From positions 121,582,001 to 121,646,000 of the forward strand of contig NC_042997.1 of NCBI RefSeq assembly GCF_006345805.1: a stretch of DNA of 64,000 nucleotides, given 5' to 3'. The position numbers were made by a program, and so were the translations under genes. Shown piece by piece: positions 37,378 through 50,599 of the stretch. Within the stretch, counting starts at the first letter, position 1. Each line of letters starts with the position of its first letter. This DNA comes from Octopus sinensis (taxonomy: Eukaryota). The notes under the pieces are model-generated. The model was not told the DNA's origin, searched no databases, and saw only the letters and a program-made list of their open reading frames with translations.

Positions 37378-38186
37378 ATGTGTCTGTGCGTGTGTGTATA
37401 CACACATACCTGTATATTCATGGATATATGATAACATATGTGTTGGTTGTGTGCTGGCGTTTGTATAAGCACCAATTTCAAACCAAACAATGCGTTTAAT
37501 AAATGCATAGGTTCATTGTTATCTCTCATGAAAGTCTTATCGAAGAGAAGTTACCGGTCTATAGACAAAAAGAATGACAGAACACAAAGAACAAAAATAA
37601 TTAAACAGACACCCAGACATCTCGGCCACTTCAGTCGAAGTCCGTCGTAAAACTGAGAGCGAAAAGTTCAGTGGAGTATATGCAAACACAATAGCAGCTT
37701 ATAGAAATTCCACCCTAGTCAAAGGAAACGACAAACCAGCTGCAAATGTCTCTCTCTCTCTCTTTCTTAACCTCCACATCTCTCTCTTATGATTAAATTG
37801 ATCGATTCAATGGACAAAAACGAAAATATACATCGAATTCATTTGACCGGATGTTGCTGGTACTTCTCTCCGAAAATTAGCTTTTAGAGCAAAAATTCAT
37901 AATGTATAACAAGATAATGTTTAAAGGAGAAGCATTGTTTGCCTTTTAAAATCCGCCCAGGTCTAGTCTGGTCCTACCGCTCCGAATAACTTCAAACTAT
38001 TTCTTCAGTGTATGTGTGTGTGTATGTGTGTGAGCACTCACGGACACACACACACATTGAATGCCTTCCAGACAAGTAAATGTTTCATGCAATGCTGCTT
38101 CGATATTTTTGACGGGTTAAAAGTGTGATTTCAAGATGCCCTTGAGCAAATTATATTCCATAACTGATAATTTCCTGATCTTGAAA

Positions 38187-38249
<63 letters not shown>

Positions 38250-38287
38250 CACAACAAACAAACAAACAAAAATAATAATAGTAAATT

Positions 38288-38810
38288 GAAACTATAGACC
38301 ACCTAAACTGAGGTTGTAAAGTCTTAGCACCTATAGAATATAAAGCAAGACATGACAGAGTCGGCCAGTATTTATATTGGACAATATGTCGGCATTATAA
38401 AATCAAAACTGCTGACAAATGGTATAAATACCATCCTGAAGCTGTGACTGAGGGAGAAAATGTGCCGATTCTATGGGACTTCCCCGTACAGACCGAGAAA
38501 ACTATAAAAGCTAATAAACCGGATATTATTATAAACGATGTGTTTATTAATTGACATGAGTATTCCTTGCGATCACAATATAGCGGGGAAAGAATTTGAC
38601 AAGTTCAGTAAATATAAAGACTTGCTAATAGAAATTGAAAAAATGTGGCATCTCAAGGCGACTACAGTACCAGTGATTGTAGGATCTCTAGGAATGATAA
38701 AAAAGGTAATGAAACCTATTTGAAAATGATACCAGGCTTACCATCCCTACAAGAAGAGCAAAAAATCGTGTTAACTGGAAAGGCTCATGTACTGAGAACA
38801 TCATAGCTGT
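38288..38810 (+). pseudogene. R4/Dong-like restriction-like endonuclease (RLE) domain
   Basis: ETIDHL..C..LA..EYKARHD..ILWDFPVQT..ANKPDII..LIDMSIP..KEFDKFSKYKDL..VPVIVGSLG; preceded by (TAC)n/(AAT)n. Confidence 0.85.
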
Positions 38811-38984
38811 GAAAACAACATCCATTTATGAATTTATTTATTTATTAATTTTTTTAAATATATATTTTACCTGTGAATTTGCGTATGTAATCTGGGAATG
38901 CATACAATGTGCTTCTCTGCCCTAGGTGTACGGAAAACACTCGGTGAGAAATGGAAGAAAATTTGAAGAAAGAGAAAAAAATGA

Positions 38985-39881
38985 TAATGACCACACAGAA
39001 CAATTAGGGACAGTGCAATACAAGGGTCAAGTGGGGTGTTGAACAATGCCGTGAATGCAATAAGTAACAAAAAAACAATCAACGAAATAACGAAAAGTAA
39101 AATTCCCCCAAAAGGAGTTCTTCACAGTGACTACCCAGGAACCACACACACCCTGGTTACCCCGACCGCCAGGGGTGCTTCGGCGGGTGTCCTCTCTTTT
39201 CAACTCCTCCGGTTTATAAGCAAATGTTCATAATAGATCCATTCACAGAGGCCATCGTCGCTACATTCATGCACCTTTCATCAAAAATACTGGGTGGGGT
39301 CGGAGGATAGGAACTTCCCTCTCCACACTCGCTTTATTTTCAAGTGGAACTTGAAAAAGTTGATGCGACCTTGACCGAAGAAGAAAATATCTGTCTTCAG
39401 TCCTTTCAATCTCGTGCACCACGCTATCTCCTTCTTCATAGTCACCAGGTTTCTGAATGCTTGACACACCGGAAAAGACGCATTCAGCTTTCAGTACCCG
39501 GGGCCCTGTCTACGGACCGTATCTAGGCCAACCGTGTAGTTCACAAATTTATCGTCTGTGCAGCCGACGACATTGAACTGTCGACAACCTATGCTATTTT
39601 TAACTTCTGGCTAAAACAGAGAATCTTATTTAAATACGCTCTGAAAGACCTAGTTCTGTTTGCCCATGTCCACATTGGCACATTCGGCAAATCCAGTAGG
39701 TACCTGTCAGCCAAAGAGAAACGACTGTGCAAGTTTGTGAGGGTTTTGCACCCCTATCGGCTAGCCCATCCCTATCCAGGCAAGCATCCGAACTTGTGTT
39801 CAAGTCACCCACTAAAACTAAAGTGTGAGATGTCCCGAGGAAAACCTCCAATCGTTTGAAGAAGTCAGGAAGCACTGCCCC
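38985..39881 (-). mobile_element. Second Tx1-like LINE remnant: APE C-half joined to the 3' end
   Basis: FFKRLEVFLGTSHTLVLVGDLN..DRY..MWTW..GPGY*KLN, followed after an internal deletion by a 3' UTR-like segment. Confidence 0.7.
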
Positions 39882-39932
<51 letters not shown>

Positions 39933-39954
39933 GATAATAATAATAATAATAATG

Positions 39955-39997
<43 letters not shown>

Positions 39998-40046
39998 TAA
40001 TAATAATAATGATAATAATAATAATAATAATGATAATAATAATAAT

Positions 40047-40352
40047 ATAGAAATAGAACATTTAAAAGAAAAAATACACCAGGAAAATGTAGATAGAAGC
40101 CACACAACAATATCATAGTAGGTGCATTAGGCATGATAAAAAAATATTCAGACAAATACATTACAAAAACACCAGGACTTACAAACACATATAACATACA
40201 GAAAATTGCACTACTAGGCACTGCACACATCCTACGCAGAACACTTTCCATACAATAACCATCAGAGCATCACAACAAATCACAGCACATACCCAAGGCA
40301 CACAGAGCTGCGCTCGGTAGTGAAGTGAAAGCACGCTATAAAAATAAAACTA

Positions 40353-40356
<4 letters not shown>
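40047..40356 (+). mobile_element. R4/Dong-like 3' end in (AAT)n
   Basis: IIVGALGMIKK..IQKIALLGTAHILRRTL*; (AAT)n on both sides. Confidence 0.85.
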
Positions 40357-40410
<54 letters not shown>

Positions 40411-40559
40411 TGCCCTGATGCAGTACCAGGTAGTGGCTCTCGTTTGAAGAAGTCAGGAAGCACTGCCCCAATAATAATAATAATAATAATAATGATGATA
40501 ATAATAATAATAATAATAATAATATAATAATAATAATATTAATAATAATAATAATAATA

Positions 40560-41108
40560 TGCCCTGATGCAGTACCAGGTAGTGGTTCTCGTGGCTTCTG
40601 ATCTTAACTGATTGGAAGTGTTATCATGTGTATTGTTTTGTCTTGGTATAAAAGATGGGCTACAGCAAATATTCTGCTCAATACCACAGATTTGCTTGTC
40701 GGTTGTTTGACCGTAACCAATTGAGCAATCCCCTTAGTGGTTGACGATATGTGCATCTCTGATCACGAGCAGAAGCATTGAGGGAGCATCATAGCTATGT
40801 GTTGAGAGAGATTCTTTGGGGTTTGAATTCTGGAAACATGGGTGTTTCGTTGAACATCCTTAAACAACCCTTGTTCAGGGACTCTTTGAGCAGGATGGGT
40901 TACTCGACCAGATGAAAATTCTAACTGGTCCCCACCTGCCAGGTCATGCACTGTTTATCTTGATATGAGATCACCATGTCGCGCACATATAGTTGTGATG
41001 CATGTGCCTAGTGTAACCTTATCAGACGGGTAGTCATGGTGGGTGAACTGGGCTTCGTATATTTTTCTCCAGCGTCACTTTGATGGCATGCACTACTCTC
41101 TCACTCAA
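40560..41108 (+). mobile_element. ~550-bp non-coding (TAA)n-embedded element, copy 2
   Basis: tgccctgatgcagtacc...ctctctcactcaa-taat. Confidence 0.8.
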
Positions 41109-41344
41109 TAATGAGGAGGCTGTTGTGGATGGTTCAGTTTGGGATAGCGCATGTCCGCGCGTCACCAACGAACTTATCGAAATACTGCTAAGCATTCGTC
41201 CGGCGTGCTAACGATTCTGCCAGTTCGACGCCTTAATAACAATCATGATTTCCTTGATTTCCCACTAGGGCGACGGATGAAGGGGACAATACAACGACAG
41301 GCATAAAATATGAGGATTTACATGCAATGAAATGATATATTATA

Positions 41345-41635
41345 TCTTATCTTTTACCTTTTACTTGTTTCAGTCAGTAGACTGCAGCCATGTTGAGGCA
41401 CCGTCTTGAAGTATTTTAGTCGAATGAATCGACTTTTTTTTTACTTATTTTATTTGTCTTTTTGCTGCATCACCAAATTATATGGACATAAAAACACCAA
41501 CTCATGTTGGCAAGCGGTGGTGGAGGACAAACAAAAATAGACACACTCACACACACACACACACACATACACACACGCACATACACATACACACACATAC
41601 ACACACGCACACACACACACATACACACACACACA

Positions 41636-41709
<74 letters not shown>

Positions 41710-41770
41710 ACCTGGTCGGCCCGAGGCTATAGTAGAAGACATTTGCCCAAAGAGCCATACATTGAGACTG
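41345..41770 (-). mobile_element. SINE A, diverged and partly deleted, with expanded (CA)n
   Basis: Tail at ~41350 and core at ~41710-41770. Confidence 0.65.
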
Positions 41771-41822
41771 AAACTGGAACCTTGTATTTCAGGAGGAAAT
41801 TACACAACCCTTTTTACTAAGG

Positions 41823-43770
41823 CAGGGGTTCACCAAACATTTTGCACGTCGGGCTGTATAACTGTGAGAATGATGTGCGAGGGCCGCATAGCCATTTTGT
41901 TCAATACTGTACAATGAATACACAAAAAATAAAGACAAACCAACATATCTATTTAAAGAAAAGTTATCAAGGATGGTGACGTCAGCAATGAAATATTTAT
42001 ATCACGCCCAGTGCACACATATCCGAATCTCACAAACTAAGTAGCAAAAAGAGTTTGATGAGATTTGTGGAACTGGTGTTTAGCTTTTAGAATATTGAAG
42101 GCGGCGAGCTGGCAGAATCGTTAGCGCGGAGAGCGAAATGCTTGATGATATTTCGTCTGTCTTTAATTTCTGAGTTCAAATTCCACCGAGGTCGACTTTG
42201 CCTTTCATCCTTTCGGGGTCGATTAAATAAGTACCAGTTACGCACTGGGGTCGATATAATCGACTTAATCTGTTTGTATGTCCTTGTTTGTCCTCTCTGT
42301 GTGTAGCCCCTTGTGGGTAGTAAAGAAATAGGTATTTCATCTGTCTTTACGTTCTGAGTTCAAATTCCGCCGAGGTCGACTTTACCTTTCATCCTTTCGG
42401 GGTTGATTAAATAAGTACCAGTTACGCACTGGGGTCGATGTAATCGACTTAATCCGATTGTCTGTCCTTGTTTGTCCTCCCTGTGTTTAGCCCCTTGTGG
42501 GTAGTAAAGAAATAGGTATTTCGTCTGCCGCTACGTTCTGAGTTCAAATTCTGCAGAGGTCGACTTTGCCTTTCATCCTTTCGGGGTCGATTAAATAAGT
42601 ACCAGTTACGCACTGGGGTCGATATAATCGACTTAATCCGTTTGTCTGTCCTTGTTTGTCCCCTTAATGTTTAGCCCCTTGTGGTCAATAAAGAAAAAAG
42701 AATATCCTCAATATTTGTTTTGGAGTTGCTGCATTCAATCAAGAGAATCCCTTTCAAATGTTCATCAGTCAACTTCTTTCCATGTGCTGACTTCACATAC
42801 TTCATCTTGAAAGTGTTTTTCTCACTGTCATAAGTTGTTCCAAACACTGATGCCATACCAGAGGCAAATTTCTTCAACTTTGAAAACTCATCATCAGGTA
42901 AGCAGCGATAAAATTCTACAAGATTCCTTCTCTGTGTAATATCATTCAAGAAGTCATTTTGCTGGCAAATCAATGAGCACCAACTGTAGTTCAACTGGCA
43001 CGGCATCAAGGTTACACTCAAACGGATTCTGGAACAGAATAAATTCTATCGAGATCTTAAAATCTCTCAAAAAAACTCGAGGTTTACATCTTCTGCGAGT
43101 TCAGCACGAATCTCTTTGAAACACTGAAAATGAGAGATTTCCTTCTTCCATTTGTGCTTCAAACACTGATAGCTTTCTTCGAAATCCTTTGATGATTCTG
43201 TAGAGATCACAAATAAGGTTATCCTTTTCCTGAAGTTTCAAGTTCAATTCATTCATTTGGGACGTGATGTCAACCAAAAAACGACAATTTTGACAGCCAA
43301 GTAGAATGTGACAGAAATGAATCAACTCTATCCTTTTCAGTGAAAAATATATCTATTCATCTATGGAGCTTATTAAAACGCAACAGGACTTTACCCCTGC
43401 TGAGAAACTTTATTGCTGTGTGATAATGCAAGTCACAAAGTTCAGAATCAATTTTTTCAAGAAAAGCCCAGAACCATCGGTGATTAAATGCATAGATCCC
43501 CAATGAAGTTTACTGCCGAAGCGACTGGTTTCACTACACAAGAAATATCTAATTCTTTCCCATAAAGTACTTGTTGATGTATAATGCAGTGTATAAACAG
43601 GGCGCCCTGGAGTTGAATATCTTCCAGCGTAGTCCTAGTCTGACCCACCAGACCCTGCCTTACCCCAACCATGTTTTTTCCTCCATCAACTGTAACAGAA
43701 CGAATCTGATTCCACTGTAGCCTTGTAAAGTTTTCTGCACTTCAATGAAAATGTCTTCCCCAGCTGGAAG
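41823..43770 (-). mobile_element. hAT (Buster/SPIN/Charlie-like) transposon remnant
   Basis: TIR-like caggggttcaccaaac at 41823; MVG..GLVG, HCIIHQQVL, FLVDITSQMNELNLKLQ, FGTTY..KMKYVKS..LTDEHL, ending ..ILKAKHQFHKSH. Confidence 0.8.
42099..42700 (+). mobile_element. Nin/Deu-domain SINE B2 trimer
   Basis: Head + three units; junctions gaaata|ggtatt at 42330/31 and 42514/15; 7-bp TSD agaatat at 42089-42095 and 42699-42705. Confidence 0.9.
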
Positions 43771-43779
43771 AAAAAAAAG

Positions 43780-44360
43780 TCGATAGGTATCACAGGTTAG
43801 CTTGGGAGGTAAAGCAGTTGTGGTCGATGAAAAAGGTAGTAGTGGTACCAATAATTGATGGAGCCCTGGGCACAGTGAGTAAAAATCTTGAGAAGTACAT
43901 AGAACAAATAGTCCGGTTGGTGCTCGAAAAATAAGATGTCTTACCTTAGTTCACTGATAGTGAGCAGCTGACACTGTGGTACATCTCCAGCGTTAGAAGT
44001 TGTGCAAAGACAATAATATTTATAATAATAATTAATGTGAAAGAAGTAAGAAAGAACAACTATGACGATTTAAAGTGGGAAATACGAAGGTTGTGGTCAA
44101 TGAAGAGAGTAGACGTGATACCAATAGTAATTGGCGCACTTGGAAGTATCAGCACTCAACTACCAACATGGCTGACAAAGATCGGTGTAAGTGTGATGGT
44201 AGAACACTTACAAAAAACTGCATTGCTTGGAACTGCAAGAATTCTTCGCAGGGTTGTTGAAGCATGACCAATAAACAGGTATCATCTTAGTCTGCTGGCT
44301 GTGGACAGTTGACACTTTGCATCATACCCAGCAAAATAAGCTGTGAGTTTTCATATAATA
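43780..44360 (+). mobile_element. Two tandem R4/Dong-like 3' ends, each followed by AAT repeats
   Basis: LAWEVKQLWSMKKVVVVPII.GALG and YDDLKWEIRRLWSMKRVDVIPIVIGALG..QKTALLGTARILRRV*. Confidence 0.85.
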
Positions 44361-44362
44361 AC

Positions 44363-44404
<42 letters not shown>

Positions 44405-44411
44405 TTTTTTT

Positions 44412-44935
44412 TTGGTATAAAAGATGGGCTACAGCAAATATTCTGCTCAGTACCATTGTCTTGGTATAAAAAGATGGGCTAGAGCAAATATTCTGCTCAA
44501 TACCACAGATTTGCTTGTCAGTTGTTTGACCTTAACCAGTTGAGCATGTTCCTTAGTGGCTTAGGATATGTGGATCTCTGATCACGAGCAGAAGTACTGG
44601 GGGAGCATCATAGCCATGTGTTGAGAGGGATTCTTTGGGATTTGGATAATTCACCTCTGGAAATATGGGTGTTTCGTTCAACATCTTTAAACAACTTTTA
44701 TCCAGGGACATTTTGAGCGTAATGGGTTACTCGACCAGAAGAAATTTCTAACTGGGCCCCACCTGCAAGGTCATGTGCTGTTTATCTTGATATGAGATCA
44801 CCATGTCGCGCACATATGGTTGAGATGCATGTGTCTAATGTACCCTTATCAGACGGGTAGTCATGATGGGTATACTGGGCTTCGTATATTTTATCCCAGT
44901 GTCACTTTGATAGCATGCACTGCTCTCTCACTCAA
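44412..44935 (+). mobile_element. (TAA)n-embedded element, copy 3 (truncated)
   Basis: Colinear with 40640-41108; ends ctcactcaa-taatgataat. Confidence 0.8.
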
Positions 44936-45373
44936 TAATGATAATAATGATGATGATGATGATGATGATAATAATAATAATAATGATAAAGATAATATTA
45001 ATGATAATAATAATAGTAATAATAATGATAATAATATTATTTCTTTTGTTTACCACCACGTTGAAAGAAGAAAAAGAAGGAGAAGGAGGAGGAGGAGAGG
45101 AAGAAGAAGGTGGATGAAGAAGAAGAAGAAAAAGAAAAAAGAGGAGGAGGCCGATGGAGGATGGAGGAGGAGGAACAACTATGATAAGAAGAGGAGATGG
45201 AAGAGAAAGTGGAGGAAGGAGAAGGAGGAGAAGGAGGTAGAGGGAGGAGGAGGAAAAAGAAGAAGAGTCAATTAAGTGAGAGTAAAGATGAATGGAATTA
45301 ATGACTGTTATTGATAATAATGATGATATCTAGCAATATTGTCAGTAGAATAAACATAAAGATAACAAGAAAC

Positions 45374-45405
<32 letters not shown>

Positions 45406-45858
45406 GTATGATCACAGCGATGGTGATGATGATGACGATGATGATGGTGACAACGATGACGAAGACGATAATGTAATGACAATGTTGATAACGACGTTGA
45501 TGATGGTTATTATTTTCGTCGTTAGCATTTATGATACACAACATCTGCATCGACATCGTCGTCATCATCATCATCGCTATCAACACTGACACCACCGCCA
45601 TCACCATCATCATCATCGCCGCCGCCGCTGCTGTCATCGTCATCATCATCATTGTGGCAATCCTCCTTCTCTTCCTCTTCCTTCTTTTACGTCATCTTTT
45701 ATTCGACCATTTTCGCCAACACACGAGTACACATTAGTTGGAGAATGTGTTAAAAGCCGATGAGTGAAGTTGTACTTACAGAAATGTACTAATTAACTGA
45801 ACTTAATCAAGGGCAACAATAGGATGATGCTGTTGTTTTTTTCTGTTTTCTTTTTATT

Positions 45859-45899
<41 letters not shown>

Positions 45900-46405
45900 T
45901 TTTGGTTTCTTGATTGTAATGTCCATTACGATGTAATGACAACGTTAATTTCTAAAAATTACAAATGATTAGTGGAATGTTTATGACTTGACCGATATTT
46001 TCCGCGTTCTTTGATTGATTAAGAAAACCAAACACACACACACACACACACACACGCAAGCACGCACACACACGCACACACACAAACACACAAATGCACA
46101 CAGACTCACACAGGCACAACCATACACACTCACACACACACAGATAAATCCACACACTCACACACCCGTACACACAGATATACACAAACACAAGCACACC
46201 CTCACACACACAGACATACACAAACACACACACACACACACGCGAACACACACAAACACACACATACACTCACACACAAACCCACACACATATAGACACA
46301 CACTCACACACAAACACACACAAACACACGCACTCACACACAGGCACAAACATACACACACACAAACTCACACACAGAGACACCCACCCACACACTCACA
46401 CAGAT

Positions 46406-46440
<35 letters not shown>

Positions 46441-47278
46441 TACACATGTATGTAATCTTTTTAACCTCGAATGAATTCTGTCCTCAAATTCTTGTTAACA
46501 TCTGAAGAATACAGAGTTTTATGGTGCACTTTTTTTTGTCGATTTTGAATTTGTTTTCGAAAATATTTCGAAAAAAAACAACAAAAAGAAAAATTTCGTT
46601 CTTGATTAATTAAACAGAATAAATGATTCTTGGAGATTATATTTTGTTTGGCAGTGATCGGCGGATTTGAGAAAGATTTGTCAGCAACGTCATCACCACG
46701 TTCAGTGCCATCAACACCACCACCACCACCACCACCACCACCACCACCACCCCCGTCGTCACCGCTGCTGCCAGCACCCGCTGCCACCATCATCATCATC
46801 ACCATCTTCAGTAGCACCATCAACAACACCCGCTCTTGCCACGAACACCACCGCAGACGACTTCAGAATCGTATTGCTGCTGCCGCTGCCGCTCCCAGTG
46901 CTGCTGCTGCTGCCGCTGCTGTTGCTGATTTTCATAATCATCATCAACAACACCCTTAACATAATCTCCTTTATGAGATTATTAATGCCATTACTACTAC
47001 TACTACAACCACCACCACCGCTCCTCCTCCTCCTCCTTCTACTACTACTACTACTACTACGACTACTACTATTACTACGAATAATAGTATTACAATTACT
47101 ACAGCTATAATCACTACCACCACCACCACACAAGAACTACTACTGTTACTACAAATACTACAACTACCACAAATACTACTACTACTACAACAACGTCATC
47201 ATGCACCTACTACTACTATTACTACTACTAATATTGTTGCTGTTGCTGCTGCTACTACTACTACCGCTACTACCACGA

Positions 47279-47314
<36 letters not shown>

Positions 47315-47416
47315 TTGCTGCCACTACTAATATTGCTGCTGTTGTTGCTACTACTTCCACTACTGCTGCTTCTACTACTACTACTACTACTACTACTACT
47401 GCTGCTGCTGCTGTTG

Positions 47417-47465
<49 letters not shown>

Positions 47466-47500
47466 CACTACTACTGAATTTTGTAAAAATAAAGTAAAAA
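44936..47500. repeat. Mosaic low-complexity tract: (GAT)n, (GGA)n, (CAT)n, (CA)n, (CAC)n, (CTG)n, (CTA)n
   Basis: Read directly from the sequence. Confidence 0.9.
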
Positions 47501-49439
47501 TACAAGTCTTATGGTGACATGAAGTTAAAAACATGCATTCATCTCTTATGTGTAATGCTGCACATAATCGGATTGGCGATGTGTATTTTGACAATTGCAT
47601 CAGTCGAAATACTCATAAGAAGAGATATACATAACATAAATGGATAAAATAAGCTAAAACAAAAATCGACATTCAAATAGGAATACATCAATGCAAAACT
47701 TTGCCACATCTTAGAAATGTCCGTCCATTGACTACAAGCTTTTCTTCTCCTGTCTCTCCATCTTCTCCATTATTCCGTTTCTTTGTTTCTATACTTCTTT
47801 CTTTTTCTCTTTCTTTCTTTCTTTCCCCCCTTTATTTCTCTCTTTTTAAAAGCAGTTCCTAATACGATTTGTGGCATTTTGAATAAGCTCTGAATATTTG
47901 TTTATTTCAACTAGGTACAAAAGCATTATATTTAAGAGAATTGAAAATTGGTCTACGTGACCTTCAATGCCAAGTGCATTAGCCGCATAAATTCGTGTTC
48001 AAGCAGAAGTTACAATTGTGAATAAGACTCGGTGCTTCCGAGAGGATTTAAATTTATCATTTATTATTTAAAAGATACTGTAGCTGATTTTATTGACCCT
48101 AAAATATTACTGGTGCTTATTTTATCAACTAAAGGATAGATATCAATAAGTTCTAAATAAGCTGGATCTGAAATTAAAGAGTGAAGTACATCCAATGTGT
48201 TCGATGCTCAAACGAATGGAAATCTGTACAGACAATAATTCCTCCTATATAATTATTAATTGGTCACATGAGCACCATCTATGTGGGTTTAGGAAACTAA
48301 CTTAAGGATCACACGATGCTTGTTTAATCCTAACAGGCTTAACTAAAGCTTTGATAGGAAAATTTGCTATGCGTATATTAATATATAGCCCATATGTGCG
48401 TGCGTGTGTATGTGTGTGCCTGTGCGCATGTGTCTGTGAATGTGTGTAAATATGTGTGTGTATGTGTGTATGTGTGTGTTTGGGCGTGTGCGTATGTGTG
48501 CATGTGTATGTGTATATATATGTTTGTATATATACACATACATACACTTATGTGCATGTGTTTGCGCATGTGTAATGTTTGTGCGTATGCATATATGTGT
48601 GAGTGTGTGTGTGCGTGTATACATGTATATGTGTGCGAGTGGTTGTTCTGTGTTTACCGGTTTAAATCTGAGTCAATAACTTAAGGTCTTTAAGTCAGCA
48701 AAAAACTATGTAACACATAAAGTAATGTAACTAAAAGATGTATCATTCAATAAATAGAGATGCATAAAAATGGATATTAGACTAAGTACTAAAAAGTTAT
48801 ACCGTTGTCTAGTTATTTCAAGGCTGTACTACATCTTGGCTGCAGTCCAATAACTGAAACAATAAAATGAACTGAAGTAAAAGAAAAGTATTTCTATGAA
48901 ACATTGGCATTCTTCTGTCCGAATGAAATAATTTACGGTTCACACCTCTGTGAAGGTCTTTAATATTAAATAGTTCAGGGGTTTCCTTTGATTTCGACGC
49001 TGAGCTTTCCAAACATTCGGTCAACTAAACTAGTCATTGAATCAGCAAGGAAGTATTTCACATGTATGATGTGTGTCATTAAAGTAATTCTCAAACGGAA
49101 TATGTAATAGCGTAAAACAAGGTTACTAGTTTTGAAACCAAGGCATCAGTCCATCAAAGGTTCTCGACGCAGTTACTGTCAAGCCGAATATATTCATAAG
49201 GTTTGAAGAAACTTGTGGTTATAATGAAATGCACTGCCAAAGACACCTTAAAACTGGATCCAATGAGAATCCTCATGTTTATTCAGCAAGATCCTTATCT
49301 ATTGGGCAGCCCTTGCATCCAAGTTATTCGTAGAATAAATGAAATGAAAGTTCATTGAAGAATAGGAAATCTGCTGAACACTTGACTGCTTAAATTTCAC
49401 CAATACTCTACGCCATTTATGAAATATGTTGAACTGGAA

Positions 49440-49795
49440 ATATTGGCTTTAAATTTTGGCACAAGCTATGGGAAGAGCATAAGTCGATTAATCGATCCCG
49501 AATAGTAAAGTAGATCTGGGCAAAATTTGAACTCAGAACATAAAGACGGACGGAATACCTATTTCTTTACTACCCACAAGGGGCTAAACATAGAGAGGAC
49601 AAACAAGGACAGACAAACGGATTAAGTCGATTACATCGACCCCAGTGCGTAACTGGTACTTAATTTATCGACCCCGAAAGGATGAAAGGCAAAGTCGACC
49701 TCGGCGGAATTTGAACTCAAAACGTAACGGCAGACGAAATACCGTTAAGCGTTTTGCTCAATGAGCTAATGATTCTGTCTGCTCGCCGTCTTAAA
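49440..49795 (-). mobile_element. Nin SINE composite: old head + young B2 unit + B1-type remainder
   Basis: Junction gaaata|ggtattcc at 49559/60; the remainder ends cttgtgccaaaatttaaagccaata. Confidence 0.85.
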
Positions 49796-49880
49796 AGAAT
49801 AGTAGAAATATTGGTTTCAAATTATGGCATAGAGTACGAACTGTCGGTTCTGTTTTCTCGTGAGTATTGCCGTACCAATG

Positions 49881-50440
49881 TACGAGGGTGAGTAAAAAAG
49901 TAATGCTATTTTGTTTAGGACAGATATAATTTCCAACACAGGAACATGTATCATACATCAAAAGGAAGCTAGTCCTCTGTGAATCACATCCCTACTTCTC
50001 CAAATAGTCACCGTTTCTCTCAATAGCAATGTTCCACCTTCGAATGAGAGCATGCATCACTGCCCCGTATAGTTCTGTTGACTGTTCTTTGAGCTACTTC
50101 TTCACTACCTCCACACTCACCAGATTTAGCGCCTTCAGACTATCATCTCTTCGGTGCCACGTAAAAGGGACTGAGAGGCAAACATTATTCTAGTGACGAA
50201 GAAGTGAAAACTTTAATGAAGAATTGACTCAAAGAACAGTAAACATAATTCTACGGGACAGTGATACATGCACTCATTCGAAGTTGTAACATTGCTATTG
50301 AGAGAAACAGTGACTATGTTGAGAAGTAGGGATATAATCCACAGAGATCCAGCATCATTTTGATGTATGAGACATGTTCCTGTGTTGGTAATTATACTTG
50401 TCCTAAACAAAATGGCATTATTTTTTGACTCACCCTCGTA
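49881..50440. mobile_element. Fold-back mariner derivative with two 3' ends (213-bp arms)
   Basis: tacgagggtgag... / ...ctcaccctcgta; centre encodes PPHSPDLAPSDYHLF. Confidence 0.85.
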
Positions 50441-50599
50441 ACATGTCATGTTACTGCAACACCAACAATATCAATAAGCTGCGCAATGTCGATAACAAAA
50501 CGGCTGACAACTTTACCATTTAGTACATTTTATAGTGAATATTTTTTACTCTTCTTCCAAATAAATTTCTCTTTCTGAAATCTTTAAACCTCTAGAAGC

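Noticed and set aside
42671-43672. Host GTF2IRD2/ZBED-like domesticated gene
   Set aside because: Multiple frameshifts and stops, a SINE insertion and a retained TIR indicate a dead hAT copy.
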